Part shown: positions 62,480 to 64,000 of the stretch, in pieces | How the letters are laid out: every line of letters begins with the position of its first letter | Numbering within the stretch: the stretch's first letter is position 1 | DNA from: Hormiphora californensis | Lineage: Eukaryota; Animalia; Ctenophora | Direction: 5' to 3' | DNA: 64,000 nucleotides | NCBI GenBank assembly: GCA_020137815.1 | Contig: CM035352.1 | Location: forward strand, 62,001 to 126,000 | Notes under the pieces: generated by a model | What the model was told of the DNA's origin: nothing | The model's database searches: none | What the model saw: the letters and a program-made list of their open reading frames with translations, nothing else | Program-made: the position numbers and the translations under genes

Positions 62480-62593
62480 GCAGTAGGAACAAAATCTTCT
62501 CTTGAATAAAAGAAGAAGAAGAAGTAAAGCAGAAGAAGGAACAGCTACAAAAGTAGGCCGGAATGGCAACCTTTTTGCTTGCCAGCGCAGTGA

Positions 62594-64000
62594 CTAACTG
62601 TCGCTGTCAAAATCACTGTCCATGCTGTCTAAACTGTCATCACTCGAAGATAGCTCAAGGTTATCATATATGGGCTGTGTTTCTATCCTTTGACAAGATG
62701 GGCGGTCATAAACAAAATCAAAATCATGAAAGTAGCAGTGTACTAATTTCAGAACTTGGTGCTTCAGCTGGTTATCAGTTAAAAAATCGAGTTGATCAAC
62801 TGATTTGAGCCTAGGCAGCATTGTCACTATCTTACCAATGTCGGATGTGTCAAGCTTGGCTAGTCCGAAACTAGGACCTCCAAAGCTGACCGACGTTTCT
62901 TGAATTTGCTTAAGATCACCTTCAAAGTGTTTCTGTAAGCTCCTGTTAATAATTCTGTCGCCCATATCCTGATCCTGTGAGTCCTCCTGACGTTCCTTGG
63001 CTTCGTTAGTCATAGATTGAATGAGCTCGTCAGCTGGGTTGCAGCAGTTGCTGCACTTACCACAATCACTGTGAGTTGCTTCACATGGAAAGTATGTGGC
63101 AAGTTGGCGAACCCAACATACTTTCGAACTCCCTCTGAGACAAAGTCTCACACCAGGTTCGGTTGCGGAATGGAGTTTGTCGGCCCATGGATAAAGCATC
63201 GTGAACCCCAATTTTCCATTTCGGGCCGTTCGTCCTACGATTAAATTTATTTTAACAAAAAAGCCGTCATTACGTATTTAACGGGGCAATATAATATGTA
63301 ATAGCACAGCTGTATTTAAACTTACCACACTTTTGCAAAAACTCCTCGAATGAGGTCGGAAGTCCCAGTTGAATGACGTATCTCACGTTCGTTATATTAA
63401 CCCCTGAAATTGTTCAAAATCAACTGCACAGTGTGTTTATTTAGCATGCATCTGGAAAATAATTTCTATTAAAAAAGGCATTATGTACAGTCGGATCCCG
63501 GTTTTAACGGACAAAACCCCCGAGGGTGCCGTTAAATCGGAGTCCGACTGTAGTACATATTTAAAAAAAATTACCCATAGATAGTGCTGTTGTTGCCAAT
63601 ATAACACTGTACTGGTAGTTTTCCATCCCAAAGTCTTCCATTAGCTCCTTTTTCTTGTTCTCTTCGGTGAGCTTTGTGAAAATTGTTAAACAGCCCTTAT
63701 TACTGAGATAGTGCTTCAGTTCATGGTACAACGTTCCACAATCTTCTATTTTCCTGGCAAAAATTAGAACCCTAGAAGAGAAGTTTTATATTAGTGAGAT
63801 CCTGGCCGGCTAATTTCAATTAGTTTTGGTATATGTATATATAATATACTTTTATGCTATATTATACCTTCCATTTAATCTATCTTTGTTGATGAATGTG
63901 GCTAGTCGTATCATCGACAATTCCACGCCTTTACTGAACACCGTTATTGATAATGTGTCTGGTATGGGCATTCGGTGCATCTCAAACACAGTGTTGTTGT
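62594..64000 (-). CDS. RecQ-like SF2 helicase, 3' exons (AcademH-type); 5' part lies beyond the window
   Basis: Exons 63868->64000, 63575-63771, 63326-63403, 62594-63234, phases match. Motifs VLIFARKIEDC (IV), VILATTALSMGVNITNVRYVIQLGLP (V), FLQKCGRTARNG (VI), Zn-binding CWVRQLATYF...CGKCSNC, acidic tail. Confidence 0.85.
63488..63550. mobile_element. 63-bp pogo-type MITE in a helicase intron
   Basis: ta|CAGTCGGATCCCG ... CGGAGTCCGACTG|ta. Confidence 0.8.

Overview
Repeat-saturated animal genomic DNA. It is probably a cydippid ctenophore such as Pleurobrachia, judged only from my recollection of its repeat families and not verified. The first ~52 kb is almost entirely nested transposon debris: Tc1/pogo, hAT, MULE, Merlin, Kolobok, IS3EU-, Academ-, Transib- and Harbinger-like non-autonomous elements (many are long foldback palindromes), Helitrons, Helentron-type HINEs, a tRNA-derived SINE, RTE/CR1/R4 LINE pieces, a Gypsy pol fragment, microsatellites, an interstitial (TTAGGG)20 tract and a 100-N gap. 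The last 11 kb holds two spliced minus-strand genes that the ORF track shows only as fragments. (1) A complete gene with 11 coding exons (53271-58090; all ten GT-AG introns phase-compatible; 498 aa) encodes a signal peptide, a furin site RSKR, a Cys-bearing ectodomain, one C-terminal TM helix and a short tail. This is the architecture of an F-type (class I) viral/errantiviral envelope protein, so it is a candidate intron-rich domesticated env gene and the main finding. (2) The 3' four exons of a RecQ-like, AcademH-type helicase run off the window end. Some stretches (about 9.8-10.8 kb and 43.7-45.6 kb) look like error-rich long-read sequence.
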